DNA of 64,000 bases from Selaginella moellendorffii (GCF_000143415.4 NW_003314317.1:310001-374000); one strand, 5' to 3'. Shown: positions 37,941-50,511, counted from the first letter of the stretch. Numbers and translations: made by a program. The notes: generated by a model from the letters alone, not told the origin.

Positions 37941-40766
37941 CTAGGCGAGTAGCGCCTGCTGGAGGATATCGTCTTCGACCGCCAGCCTCTCCAACACCAT
38001 TTTGGCTCGTCTCCTCGACACCTCCTTGATCTGCCAGTCGCCGAGCATGCCAACCAGCTCTCTCACGTTGCAACAATCCGGTCCCGCTACAACGACCCTT
38101 CCAAGCCTGCTCCTCGCAGCAATCTCCTGGAGCTTGTCCGCGGCCCAGACACTGTCCTCTTCCCGGCCCGCCATCGCCAGCATCCTCATCAAAAGCTCCA
38201 CGCAGTCGAGCGAAGATCCGTCGCCACCGTCGTTACTCTGTTCCTTCTTCGTCTTCTCGAGAATCTCCAGAGCTTTCGCAAAGTGAGCCACGGCCTTGTC
38301 TGGATCGCTGGCCTCCACGCCTCTTCCCGACTGGTAGCACCTCCCGAGCTCTACGTGAGCGCTCGCGCATCCTTCTCGAGCAGCCTGCTTGTAGAGCCCA
38401 AGCGCTCGCTTCTCGTCTCTGGCTATCCCGAGGCCGCTCTCCAGGCACATTGCGAGCTTCCACCTCGCTGATCCTCCTCCCGCGCAAGACGAGGCCTTGT
38501 AGTACCAGAAGACCGCCTGCTCAAACTCGTGGCCGGGACCGATCCAGTTCGCCATCAAGTCCCCTGCGATCTCTGCGGCCGCGCCGAATCCATCTTCGTG
38601 TTCTAGTTGCTCCACGGAGCTCGCTAGCCAGAGCACGAAGCTGTCCATTGGAAACGGCCAGAACCCGGGTCCTTTCTCCTTCTCGAGCATCGATATGAAG
38701 AGTCCTTCGCCAGCTTCTCGTTGTCGCTGCTGTTTCTCGTTGTGCATGAGAATGACGTCGACGAGGAACTTCACTCCAAGGTGGCTGGCGAGCTGGCTAA
38801 AGTCGGACATCGTAAGAGGAAGGATATCTTGGTGCTGCCATGACTGCCTTCTCGCAATGATCGCCTTAAGGCTCCTCAGCGCCAGGCAAACCTGCGTGAA
38901 GGACAGCCTCTGCTCTGGTTCGTGGCTCCAGCATCTACGAGCAAGCACCGCCAGGAACGCCGGAGAATGCCCAAGGATGTCGGGCCTGCCTCTCTCGACG
39001 CTCACCAGTTGAAAGAGCTGCGACTCGGTCGTGAGTTGATTGTAATCGGAGAATGGCCTGCGGCTCGAAAGTATCTGGAAGCAGAGCATACCGAAGCTGT
39101 AGACGTCGGACTTCTTCGTGAACGTAGCCTCGCCGGAGGAACTGGCTTCCTGCTGCTCAAAGACTTCCGGAGCTTGCCAGAACGGTGGCACATCATGCCG
39201 CTGCTGCTGACTCTCGAAGGTTTCCTGGTCGTCGTCGTCAGAAGCTACGCTCTGCAACCACGAGGATCCTGCCAGCCTCGTCTTTGGCAATCCATAGTCG
39301 GTGATTTTCACTTGGATGAACTCGTCCAGCTCGTGTTTGCTGCTCGAAGATCTTCTCCGCCGCCTCGAGTCGGTCGTGCTGGGAACGAGTAACACGTTGA
39401 AAGCGTTGAGACACCGGTGGAGAACCCCTCTCCTGTGTAGAAAAGCCATTCCTTCCGCTACTTGGAGCATGATCTCGACGGCTACTGGGAGTGGAACAGG
39501 ACCTTGGCCGAGATTTAAAACGCTGTCCAGATCTTTCCGCAGCAGCTCTGTCCATAACCGGCATTCTCCAAATTCCTCGTCGTCGTTTGTTATGCTCGCA
39601 AAGAGAAGCTGAGCCAGGCGAGGATGGCGGAGACTCGCGAGCACCGACACTTCGTTCCAGAAGGACTCTCGGCTGAGAAAAGCCGTTACTTTCAGCGCGG
39701 CAGGAAATCCAAGAAACTCGGACTTGTAAACGATGCCAAAGAATCCTGTACCGAGTAGCAATTTCTCCGTTCTTCTGCTGGTGATATTATCCAATGCCCA
39801 GGATTCTCTCTGGTGAATCCTCTCGATGTAGGACTCAAACCCGTCGTCCTCGGCATCCAGCTTGGCTACGAGATAGCTGGTAATCTCCGCCACCCGATTC
39901 TCCTTCCTGCTCTTCGAACTAAAAACAGACAGGCCCCTAAAAAAGAAGCCGTCGTGCTTTTGCTTCATCTTCCGGAGCTTGTCTAGCAGATATCTTCGGT
40001 CCAGCCGCATTGCCAGGATCAATCCACGGTCCGCTTCCGCATTGAGTGTTTCCTCTGCTATCTCGAAAGTTCTTTCTATCATCCAGTATGGGACGTGGTG
40101 CTGATAGCTGCCGGTACCCAGCCTCTTCTTCTGGTGCTTGAAGGAATCGTCTCTCCCTGCTCTGAACTGCGCGAGGACAACTTCCATCACTGACACACAC
40201 CATTGCTGGTGCTGGTACTGCTGCGCAACGAAGATCCCATCGTCCGCTGCATAAATGATTGCTTTCATCAGCCACGAGTCCTCAGCGTCTTCCTGTCCGG
40301 ACGACACCCAGCAGGACACTAGAACCTCAGCGTCATGAGTGACTTTGGCTATTTCCACGGCCGCTGTTCTGCATTGCTCGCATGAAGTCGAGTCCAAGCT
40401 CGCCATCTCGTCAACCAAGTTCCTCAGATTGTCATGGAAGCTCTTCAAGAAAGGACAAAAGAGGAAAAGTCAGCCAGGAGGCAAAACAAACAGTACCTGC
40501 AGGTCGAGGAATCTGCACTGTGCGTGATTGAACCTCAAACTCGCGGTGCTCGCGCCAACGATCGAAGAGCTCCCAGCGGTGCTGCTGTTACACAGCCTGA
40601 TGAGCCTTTCCAGTACCTGAATTGCTTGCTCCACGATTCTGATAGAGCTGCTCTCGCTGGACGTGGCAGAATCATACAAGGAGGAGCCCGAATACGAAGA
40701 AGGCATGGCCTTGATCATCAGCTTCCGCCTTGCTATTTGCATCAGAACTTTGGCTGGCAGATCCAT
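37941..40766 (-). CDS. MLKL-like protein: N-terminal 4-helix-bundle (HeLo/DUF1221-like), pseudokinase, C-terminal Sel1-like repeats; exons 40766-40497 and 40442-37941
   Basis: RFNHAQCRFL..EIAKVTHDAEVLV..WLMKAI; GTGFFG, AALK, HRCLNAFNVL (no catalytic Asp), DYG, APE, SDVYSFG; Sel1-like ARWKLAMCLESGLGIARDEKRALGLYKQAAREG and AHVELGRCYQSGRGV. Confidence 0.85.
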
Positions 40767-41183
40767 TCTCTCTCCGCAACTGAAAAGCTGGAGTGCAGAA
40801 AAAGCCACAGCTCACGCCTGAGCAGTCCGCAACAGCAACATTCCTCTTGGCTTTTCAGTGGTCCTGGCAGTGAGGCACCCGATTTTCCAAGCCCGTGTTG
40901 GAACGCTTTATACCTCCAGATTTGAATATTTGTGTTTGGTGAGCCGAGCGTCCTCGTCGCAGCCAGGTACGCTCATGCTTGCTTCAGATCCGGACTTGGC
41001 AGTAGCCTTGCGTGGAGTTCACATCGAGATGAATAGTGGAGTCCACCACCTCGACATTAACGCCGAGGCCTTCTGGGTGACAGGGACCTTATCTTGAGCC
41101 GAAAGAACAACCTGTTCCCGTCCGCAAGAAGTTTCTAAACCCAACCGCGGGCTCACTTGGTAACGGACATCTCCCTCTCCGGA

Positions 41184-42986
41184 TCATGGTCGATGGAGCT
41201 TTGTAGAATTAGCGACGTACACACTCGAGAGTGCAACGTAAGCAGCAGCCGAGTTTCGCGAGTTGAGTTGCACCGCTTGTTTCGCGGCACGCTCCGCTCT
41301 CGAGACGTCGCCGTGCATCTTGCAAGCCCCCAGCAGAGACATCCATTTGAAGTCGTCCACCACCGACGCAGGCATTTTCTTGATGAAATCCTCGGCCTCG
41401 AGCAGCCACCCCGCCCGTCCCAGCAGGTCCGCAAGGCAGCCGTAGTGCTCCTTCTCGGGAACTATCCAGTGGTCGCTCATGAGGCCGAAGTAGTAGCAGC
41501 CTTGCTCGACACGGCCAGTGTGGGTGCAACCGTCGAGCATTCCCATGAAAGTTCTACCGTCAGCTGCAATGCCTTCCAGCAGCATCATCTGAAAGAGCTC
41601 GAGAGTGCTGGCAGGGTCGCTGTGTACTGCGAAGGCTGCTATCAAAGTGTTCCAAGTCACGATCATTGCCGACGAATCCCAAGCCACGGAAGAAGAGATT
41701 GCGAGGAAGATCTCCCAGGCCTGTTTCAGCTTCCCAGACTTCCCATACATGCTCAGCAACGCATTCGCCACCAAGGTGTCTGAGATAGCTCCCAAAACCA
41801 CCACCCGCTTGTGAAGAGCTCGACCAACTTCCAGGAACGATGAGTCGGCAGCACAAGCGTTGAGAAGAGCCACAAGAGTGACTTTCCTCACGGGATTTCC
41901 TTCATGCTCCATCTTCCTGAAGAGCATCACGCTGGAAGCCGAGTCACCATTGTCTGCACAGGCACCGATCATCGCTGTCCAGCAAGCGGAGTCCCTGTTC
42001 TGGATTCCAGCAAAGACTTCTCGAGCGCCATCCAAGTTCCCACATTTTCCATACATGCTGACGATGGTAGTGGCGACTGCGGTGTCGTGGCTCAATCCCT
42101 TTTCGGTCGACTGGGAGTGGATCGACCTGCCGTGAATGAGAAACTGGGGAGATTGACAGGCCTGGAAGACACCCAGGAAAGTAACTTTGCTCGGCCTGTG
42201 CTGTCCATCGAGGAGCATTCTCCAGTAAACTCCAAGTGCCTCTTTGTGATGCCCATTTTGGGCATATGCTGCGATCATAGTGTTCCAAGTGACAGTGTTC
42301 TTCTCGGGCATGACCAGGAAGACGTTCGAGGCGCTTCTCAAGGAACCAACCCTTCCATACATCGCCACAAGCGCGGTGCCCACTACGACGTCGATTTCCT
42401 CCAGCTCGATCCCTGTTCTTGATCTTGAGTCGTCGTAGAGGGAGTGGATCCATATCCCAAGGCGGAGATCGTTGCAGTTGGACAGAGCAGCCAGGAATGT
42501 CACGGCATTCGGCGCTACTCCCTGGAGCTGCATCGATCGAAAGAGAAGGATCGCTCCTTCGCTACTGCCGGGCGATATTTCCCTGGATTCCGAGTGCGCG
42601 GAGATGAGAGCGGTCCAGGCAACCACGCCGGGCGCCGCGATTGCATCGAACACAACGCGCGCGCTGCGAATATCACCGCATTTGCCATACATGTTAAGGA
42701 TCGCCGTCGCGAGCTGTGAATCGCGGCAATACCCGGATTCCTGCGCACACCTGTGGATTACCCGGCCCTGCTCCAAATCCCGGGCTGCCGCGGCCGCATT
42801 CCCGAGCGCCACGAACATCCGGCGGTCGGGAGCTATCCCTTCGAGCTGCATCTGGCGGAAGAGCGCCATCGCCTCCCTCGATCGGCCACGATCCACAAGC
42901 ATTCCAAGAATCCGCGTCCATGTCGTCGACGGAGGAGGAGAAGCGAGCGACGTAGAACAAGAAAAATCCCCGCTAGGGTTTTGCAT
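41184..42986 (-). CDS. Intronless PLS-class PPR protein ending in an E domain, no DYW
   Basis: Repeated TAILNMYGKCG / VTWNTMIAAYAQNG motifs; EHYGCLADLLGRAG, WMSLLGACKMHGD, AAYVALSSVY. Confidence 0.93.
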   Translation of the reverse strand: MQNPSGDFSCSTSLASPPPSTTWTRILGMLVDRGRSREAMALFRQMQLEGIAPDRRMFVALGNAAAAARDLEQGRVIHRCAQESGYCRDSQLATAILNMYGKCGDIRSARVVFDAIAAPGVVAWTALISAHSESREISPGSSEGAILLFRSMQLQGVAPNAVTFLAALSNCNDLRLGIWIHSLYDDSRSRTGIELEEIDVVVGTALVAMYGRVGSLRSASNVFLVMPEKNTVTWNTMIAAYAQNGHHKEALGVYWRMLLDGQHRPSKVTFLGVFQACQSPQFLIHGRSIHSQSTEKGLSHDTAVATTIVSMYGKCGNLDGAREVFAGIQNRDSACWTAMIGACADNGDSASSVMLFRKMEHEGNPVRKVTLVALLNACAADSSFLEVGRALHKRVVVLGAISDTLVANALLSMYGKSGKLKQAWEIFLAISSSVAWDSSAMIVTWNTLIAAFAVHSDPASTLELFQMMLLEGIAADGRTFMGMLDGCTHTGRVEQGCYYFGLMSDHWIVPEKEHYGCLADLLGRAGWLLEAEDFIKKMPASVVDDFKWMSLLGACKMHGDVSRAERAAKQAVQLNSRNSAAAYVALSSVYVANSTKLHRP

Positions 42987-43461
42987 GGGAGAGAGACGAG
43001 CGAATCTTAGAGAATATCCGCTGAAGAAACTGGCGGTCACGTGTCGCTCTCAAGGCCGTTGGATTGGATGAGGAATATTCCACCACAATTCCACGCGGAT
43101 GGTCTTAATGCCGGCGACCCTGTGCCATACAGAGTGAAGAGAGAGAGAGAAGGGAGAGGAGAGGGCATTAGGGCTTTTGGGCACAGATTTCTAGAGAAGG
43201 CGAGGGCGGCAGCGCTGGAAGGGAGCTAGAGATCGGCCGCTTGCCGACGCTCTTGTGAGCAACAGAATGCCTGGCGATTCGGTTTGTGAAAATCTCTCCT
43301 CTCCTCTCTCAGATTTTAGGTCCATTTCGCTGGCGGCCGCTTGAAATGTGATTTGGTTTGTGCGTGTGCTTGCGTCGCTGCTGTGTGCTTGTTCTTCTTC
43401 CGGAATTTCTGTGGTTTCTAATTCCTTTCCTCTTCGATTTTTTTGCCAGCAGCCCGTTTGT

Positions 43462-44677
43462 ATGGCGCTGGAAATGCCCGACGAGATGAGCAGCTGCAGC
43501 TGCTCCAATTCCGACCACGAGAATTCGCGGCCGAGCAGGGGTGTGCGATTGTTTGGAGTGGACCTTTTGAGCAGCGAGGGCATGAGGAAGAGCGTCAGCT
43601 TGAGCAACCTCTCTCACTATGCGACCGCCTCCTCCAACAACATTGGCATGCAAGAGCATCTGGATACCACCGATGGCTACGTCTCAGATGGCCTCGTCCA
43701 GACGAATTCCAATGCTCGCGCAAGAAGAAAAGGTGCGTGGTTGGAAGAAAAAATCGATCTTTCTTTGTTCTAGGCTGACTTCCTGGCCAATTTGTTTGTT
43801 TGTTTTTTTTTTTTTTTTTTCTTCTACAGGAGTTCCATGGACAGAAGACGAGCACAGGTTGTTTTTACTAGGCTTACAGAAGCTAGGAAAGGGTGACTGG
43901 AGGGGCATTTCGAAGACCTTCGTCACGACTAGGACCCCGACGCAGGTTGCTTCGCATGCACAGAAGTATTTCATTAGACAGAGCAACTTAAGCAAGAGAA
44001 AGAGGCGCTCGAGCTTGTTTGATATCTCCCCTGGACAAGTAAGTTCTTTCAAACACTTACTGCTCTTTGGTTTCTTACTCTCACTTCCTTCTCTTCAGGA
44101 TTTGAGCTTGCCAGACTCGGCGCTCGCTAAAAACGTGAGCTTGCAAACGTCCTTTCTGGAGCTGGGACTGGGACACGACCGCGTCGCGATCCCAGTGGCG
44201 CCGCCGCTGGAGAAGATAATGGAAGAGAAGGTGTTCTTCCCATCACAGGAGGGCGGTAACCCGAGCAACGGCGTTAACTTCGCGGAGGACAAGGATGATC
44301 CAGTGGCAACGAATGAAGAGCCAGTGCCAGGCACTGGCACTGGCGCTGTTGCTGCCCCTCGAGGTATCACCATCGATGCGCCAGCTCCAGCGCTTTGGCT
44401 AGATTTAAGGTCGCAGGCAAGTGCTATGCCCTCGGAGCAGCAGCAAAACGAGGCCCTCGGCCCGCTCAAGTCCAACGTTGTGAAGCCAGTGGCATCAATC
44501 TCGACGGGGCCAGTGAGAATTATGGAGGACAGAGAACTCGCAGCGACGGGAGGGCCATCGATGCTGTCGCTCAAGCTGGAGCAGCCCGTAAGGCACTCGG
44601 CGTTTCACGTGAGCTCGGCATTCGCGAGCGCTGGAGCAGCGGCGGCAGGACTGGAAGCTCCAATCCAGTGTACGTGA
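43462..44677 (+). CDS. 1R-MYB (SHAQKYF class, MYBS3/KUA1-like) transcriptional repressor, 3 exons
   Basis: [64 protein letters not shown]. Confidence 0.93.
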
Positions 44678-44685
44678 TGGATGTG

Positions 44686-44689
<4 letters not shown>

Positions 44690-44718
<29 letters not shown>
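44690..44718 (+). repeat. (CT)n microsatellite followed by a T-rich tract to ~44840
   Basis: Directly visible. Confidence 0.9.
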
Positions 44719-44721
<3 letters not shown>

Positions 44722-44971
44722 TTCTCTCTTTCTCTTAGAAGTAATCAAGGGAGAGATCATGAACTGACGAAGGAAAGCTAGTACTACACTTCTTTTTACT
44801 TTCTTTTTTTCTTTTTTCTTTTTTTTCTTCTTTTTCCTTCCGTAAGCAACAATAAGAGCCAACTTGAAAACTGTATTTATTCTAATTCAAATTTAAATAA
44901 ATTTCTCTCAGGGAAATAGCATAAGATTCTAAACAATGGTCATAACCGCAATAATGCTAATAACTTAATGT

Positions 44972-46260
44972 TTAGCAAATGTCTTGGAACAAATCCACGT
45001 TCTCGTTTGATTGCTGCTTTCTCGACGTCCGGTAATGTTGGAACCCTAACTGGCTAAAGTTCTCTGAGGGTATTAGAACATCTTCCAGATCTTTCTTCCC
45101 AAACTCCTTCCTCCACGCTCTAAGAGCCTTGGCCAAATACTCAAGCGAAGGAGGGTCGTGTGTAATCTTCCCCAGCGTCTGTGGTGGTAACACAAAGTCA
45201 AAATCTGCATTGTTTTTGCGCAGAGGCCTCCACAGATACTGATCAGCGTCCCCACCCTGTCAAGTAAACAAAGAAATCGGCTTATAAATGTACACATTTA
45301 AGTTCTTCTAAAGCTAACCACTTGAACGTAAAGCAGCCTCATGAAGTTCTCCCTCGTAGTAACGAAGTGGCCTCGCTGTTGGAGCAAATACGAGTCCGGA
45401 ATCCAACACCGCCTGGGCAATCACGTATTGCTCAAATATGAAACCCCATAGCGCCGAGTACGAGTCTGGAAAATCGCGGCTAGCCTGAAGAAACTTTCTG
45501 ACCTTGTTGATGGTGAACATACAAGACCGCCACATTCTCCAAGCAGAATGTGAAGTGGAACTTTGAGAACCAAGTACATCTCGGAAACTTGAATGCTTTG
45601 GCAATATGGCATCTACATCTATATGCTTCAACTTCGTATTCCCAAGAGCAATGGCCACGTCCTGGCCAATGTTTTCTTCTGTCAGCTGCTTCACTTTCCC
45701 AGTCCCAGACCGAGGAATGCCTCCAAACCAATCGTAGACCATGTTTTGCAGCGCCGACCCTTCTGAATATCTCCGATTTGTGTTTTTCCGGAAGCCGCTG
45801 CTTCCAGGATTAGCACAAGCCGTCCCATGGAGCCATGTAGCGAACATGAGTCTGGCGGTGTTTCATAGCTTCTTTCGTGTTATTCATGCGGCAAGGAGAG
45901 CCCGCTGTCCGATGACTCGCCCGTAGTTGTACTTCTCGTTGATAAGATGGAAGCTTACATCGTCAGCAATGACGGCATTGAATGGATACTGCTTTATGTC
46001 GATGATGCGGACGCATGCCCCACGGAACTCCCAAATCAGCCACCCCGACTCGAGTATTAAAACCGAGTTGGGCTAATCGTTACCCATCCTTACGATGAAG
46101 TACCAGAGGGAAGCAGACTTTCCCACCCCCCGAGTTGCCATTCAAGAGACGTAGGACGCCTGAGAGGAGTACGGTTACGACCTCCTGAAATAATCAAAGC
46201 ACTTCCTCAACCTCCGCGATAGCCGCGTCCACGAAACCCGATCGAACAGTGAACTTACAA
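44972..46260 (-). pseudogene. Crinkler/RHS-like P-loop NTPase plus restriction-endonuclease-fold relic
   Basis: Walker A GNSGVGKS-ASLWYFIVR recovered by removing one G from the run at ~46126-46131; WFGGIPR; WGFIFEQYV; YLWRPLRKNNADFDFVLPPQTLGKITH; in-frame stops upstream. Confidence 0.6.
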
Positions 46261-47016
46261 TACTAACCAAAGACACCTTACACACTTGTAAGACCCTCTT
46301 TCTTATTGCAAAAAGCGCACCGAGAGCGAGAGAAAATGAAGCTCTGGGAAATACAGGTGTGGACGTGTATACAGTAGAAGGTGAACAATAATGGAGCCTG
46401 TGACTTTTACACCAAAAGTTTTGTACGATTACATCCTCTCATTTTGGGATCAAGAGTATTACAACTTCAAATTGTTGATTAGAGGGACCATGAGTGGTGG
46501 TCTGATTCAATGCAATTCGGCGCTGTCAAAACATGTATTATTACTCTCTAATGTTGCTGGTAACAGAAGCTGCCTTGTAATCCAGACAAGAACGTTATGA
46601 ACATCCAAGTAGAAGCATCCACCTGGAGGGAAGAAGAGGCAAAATGCCCGTGCTGGACCACTCGAGAAACTCGGCCCATCCCTTTCTTCCTGGAAACACA
46701 TTTGTTTGCTGTGCTCGTTTCCAAGCTCGGGCACAGGCATTGTTCCAGTCCAATTGTACGCCACCCCACGCACTCTCGTGACCTAGAAAACATGGCAGTC
46801 GCAGAGCCCTCCTCTTGTGGATGGATGGATCCCCTTATCCTTTATTTTGTTCTTTCCATCTTTCTTCTCTCATTTTTCTATTTTTTTGTCTCAAACCAAA
46901 GGGTAAGATTCTCCAAGGCCGCGCGCAGGAGGAATGTACAGCGACTTAATCTTGTAGTAAATCCAGCGCAGGATTCACAAGGAATGAATCAAGTGGCGAC
47001 AATTGCAAACATACCT

Positions 47017-47049
47017 CACACACACACACACACAGAGACTGAGAGAGAG
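47017..47049 (+). repeat. Compound (CA)n/(GA)n microsatellite
   Basis: Directly visible. Confidence 0.85.
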
Positions 47050-49136
47050 CTTTTTGGGCGGAATAAACAAAACCAGCTTCTTTGAGGCTTACAACTCTCG
47101 AGGCATCAGCCCACGACGTTGTTGGTTTTTTATAAATTTTACTCCCCCAGAGAAGAAGCAAAGATTAAAACCCGAGCTCGTTTGTTTGCGATTTGGAATG
47201 CGAACGTACAATAAGACAAGTGCAAGCTTCTTAAGACAAGGACGTGGACAAAAACAACGAATCCTAAAGTTGGTATTTTAGAATAGGAGATTTCCCGCAG
47301 CCAAGAAACGTATACTATTCTAAATCTTGCGCTTTTGTCCGTGTACTCTTGCAAGGGGCATCTTTTCCCAAAGCTCACGGGGTGCCATGCAAGTACGCAT
47401 GGAATCTACAGGGAATAATCACAGCAAAACAACGAGCACAACAAGACACCTTGATTCCGCAGAACATGCTACTAACCTCGCCGTCTTTGGCCTTTTATGC
47501 TGCAATTATCAAGACCTTTCACTCTTAACTTCTTCTACCACCTTTGTTTTCTATAGATTTTTCCTTCTGGACAAACAAAACACTATAGACTTTTCTCATG
47601 TGACTTTGTCGTGGCTGGAGCCATGGATGATCGGATTGGATCTTTTGGATCCTTGGATCATTTGCATCGGAGAAGATGTGAAACACATATTATAGGATTT
47701 TACAAAGTTTTGAGCCGCGCAAAAGCTCTCTCTTTCGAGGACGAATCTTGTCAGTTCCTCCTGGGGAGTCCACAGTTTTTTTGCTTCTCTCTTTCATCTT
47801 CAAGTGAGAGCAGCAGGCAAGGTTCTCGAGCCGAAAGGACTGAAAATCTTGCTCGATCATTTTTTAATTCATCTTCTTCTTCTCCTTCTTTTGTCTTTGC
47901 TCAATCCCTCGCGCCGGTTCGGGTACGAGGAAATTCACACCCTCTCTCGTGCATCGATAGTTCAATGCATGAACCCTCTTTCCACTTTCTTTCCATGCAC
48001 GCAAGTTTAACGCCACCCCCTGCGCGCGCGAGAGAGTGACCGGGCGTAAATTGTTTGATAAGATTCTCGCGAATAAAACTGGAGATGATAGAGAGATCGA
48101 ACCTTTAAATGTGAGATTCCACGCCGGAGATAATTCACACGCCTGTAAGAACGCCGCGCGGCCTTTGATCAGTCGGCTTGAAAACAACTCGTTTCAGCTT
48201 CTAAGACAAAACCTTCTTTCGTCTGCCAGGAGGAAGGAGATCTGGCAACTCACTCCTGCGCGCCTGCGCTCCAGGATGATCACGACTCGTCGCCGCATTT
48301 ATGAAAGTCATATGAAAGTGTTGCTCGCAAATCATCCTCCGCTTTTCCCTGCAATCAATGGAATTAGTAAGCTCATCACGAGCAACACAGCCGAGTCCCG
48401 AAAAGCAGCATCATCACGGATGCTTCGCCACGCACATAATTCAACGACAACATTCCCCCATACCTCGAAAACTTTGGCTGCGTGGGAGATGCCGGCACAT
48501 ATTCCACCGCGCGGTGGCAGGAAATAAAAATGCCGGGGGGACCACGCCTGTCCTTCACAAGTCCGCGGACGGTCCGTGACGGGCGCCGCCGGACGCGTTT
48601 CCCACGCACTGGCCACATGAGCCGCCGCAGCTCGCCGCACGCGTCTGGAAGAACAAACTAAGTTAGTGGAAGTTTTTTTTAAAGTCTAGCGTGTGTGTTG
48701 GGAGCACCTGTATAGAAGAGTTCTTCTTCTCCTTCTCCTTCTTAGGTACTCCTGTTCCTTCTTCTCCTTCTTCTTCATTCGTTTTCGTGCGTGAGTGTGG
48801 CCGCGGAGAAAAGCTTTGGATGATTGCTTCGCGTCTCGCAAATCTTGGCTCGCAGCATCTCCCTTCTTTGTACTGAAGCGTGCTGCGGGGATTCTTTCTG
48901 CAAGAGTTAGCTACCGCGCTCGAAGGCAAGACGAACCTGGCAGAGCTCTCGCATGTGTGGCAGAATCAGGCGTTTCTACGGACACCATTCTTCCGCTCGC
49001 AATGTGAATCTTTGCGCACTTCGCCATTCACTGCTGCCACTGCTGCAGGGAGTTAGCTAGTTAGAAACTTATATCAGTCTGAAAGGGGGAGAAGAAAAGA
49101 AAGTTCACTCACCTGTGGCGTTCTTTGTCCGAATTG

Positions 49137-50511
49137 ATGCGCCTCGAGTTCCTTGGTACTGTCCAAGAAGATCAGCAAGTTCAAGTCCTGGACTCCTCCA
49201 ATCTAAAGCTGGAGAAGCAGCAGCATCATCATCAGCAGCAGCAGCCGCAGAATTTCCGTCTTCCATCGTTCTGCCTTCGAGCAAGGATGGAACTCTCCTT
49301 CGACACAAGCGAAGGCGGACTGCTAGCAGTGGACTCGCACCGCTCGGTGCCAGCTCCCTTCCTCACCAAAACTTTCCATCTCGTTGACGATTCCAGCACG
49401 GACGACGTCGTCTCCTGGAGCGAAGACGGTACCACGTTCATCGTCTGGCGACCCCCGGAATTCGCCAAGGATATCTTGCCGAATTACTTCAAGCACAATA
49501 ACTTCTCCAGTTTCGTCCGGCAGCTCAACACCTACGTGAGTCTCGCATACGTTTTCTTTCCACACCTCCTCATAGTTCTTTGGAGTTCAGTCCCTTAGTT
49601 CTTCACTTGCAGTACTCAGCTTCAGCTGTCAATGATGTTGCCCACTGAACTTCGTTCTTGTCGACTCGCAGGGATTTCGAAAGATCGTCTCGGACAGATG
49701 GGAGTTCGCAAACGAGTACTTCCGCAAGGGACAACAGGACCTCCTCTGCGAAATTCATCGAAGGAAGACCGGGCAGCCGAACACGATGCAACCAATCCGA
49801 CAAACCAGCACTGCAGAAGATATCCTCTGGTCTCACGTCACCACCACCTCTCCAGTCCCATCCCCACGGGCTCCACACTTCACAGCAGCAGTGTCCATCT
49901 GCGACGAGAACGAGCGACTGCGCCGGGACAACTGCATTCTCATGTCGGAGCTCTCCCGCCTCCGAAGGCTCAACGACGAAGTCCTCCTGTTCGTGCAGAA
50001 CCAAGCTCGGATGCCCCTCCAGCAGGATCTCAGCTGCATCAAGTGGCTCAAGTACAACACCCTCCCACCACTGCTGCCACCGCCACCGGCTTCTCCAAGA
50101 TTCGAGGAAATTGTCGAGGATCGCAGGCCTGCCACCAGAGTCGCTCACAGCAGCCGCCTGTCTTCCATCGTTTCAATGGCTGCCACCAGGTCGACTTCCG
50201 CTTCTACGCCTTACGTGAAAGACACTCCACCGAAGGTCCCAACACTGTGCTTGCTGGAGAGCAAGGCCAAGGAGCTCTCGTCCTCTACGACCGATGCTTC
50301 TTCCAAAGTCACTTCATCGAGCTCGTCCGATGATTCGCCCAAGCTGTTTGGAGTTCCTCTCAACGGGAAGAAGAGGCCACACTCCCCGAGCAGCGACTCG
50401 TCGTCTCAGGCACGGCTAAAGAGCCCGCGGCCGGATATTTCACTCCAGCTCGGCACGGATCCCTGTTGGTTAAAAGTTTGCAAATCTGTCAGTGAGAAAA
50501 TATTCATCTGA
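49137..50511 (+). CDS. HSFB: Heat shock transcription factor, class B; intron ~49536-49671; start at 49137 or 49287
   Basis: [24 protein letters not shown]|[12 protein letters not shown]; short [14 protein letters not shown]; repressor motif KLFGV plus NLS KKR. Confidence 0.95.

Noticed and set aside
46400-48650. Long spacer upstream of HsfB as a miRNA or lncRNA locus; several 100-160 aa ORFs
   Set aside because: No convincing hairpin or protein motif; consistent with regulatory DNA of a transcription-factor gene
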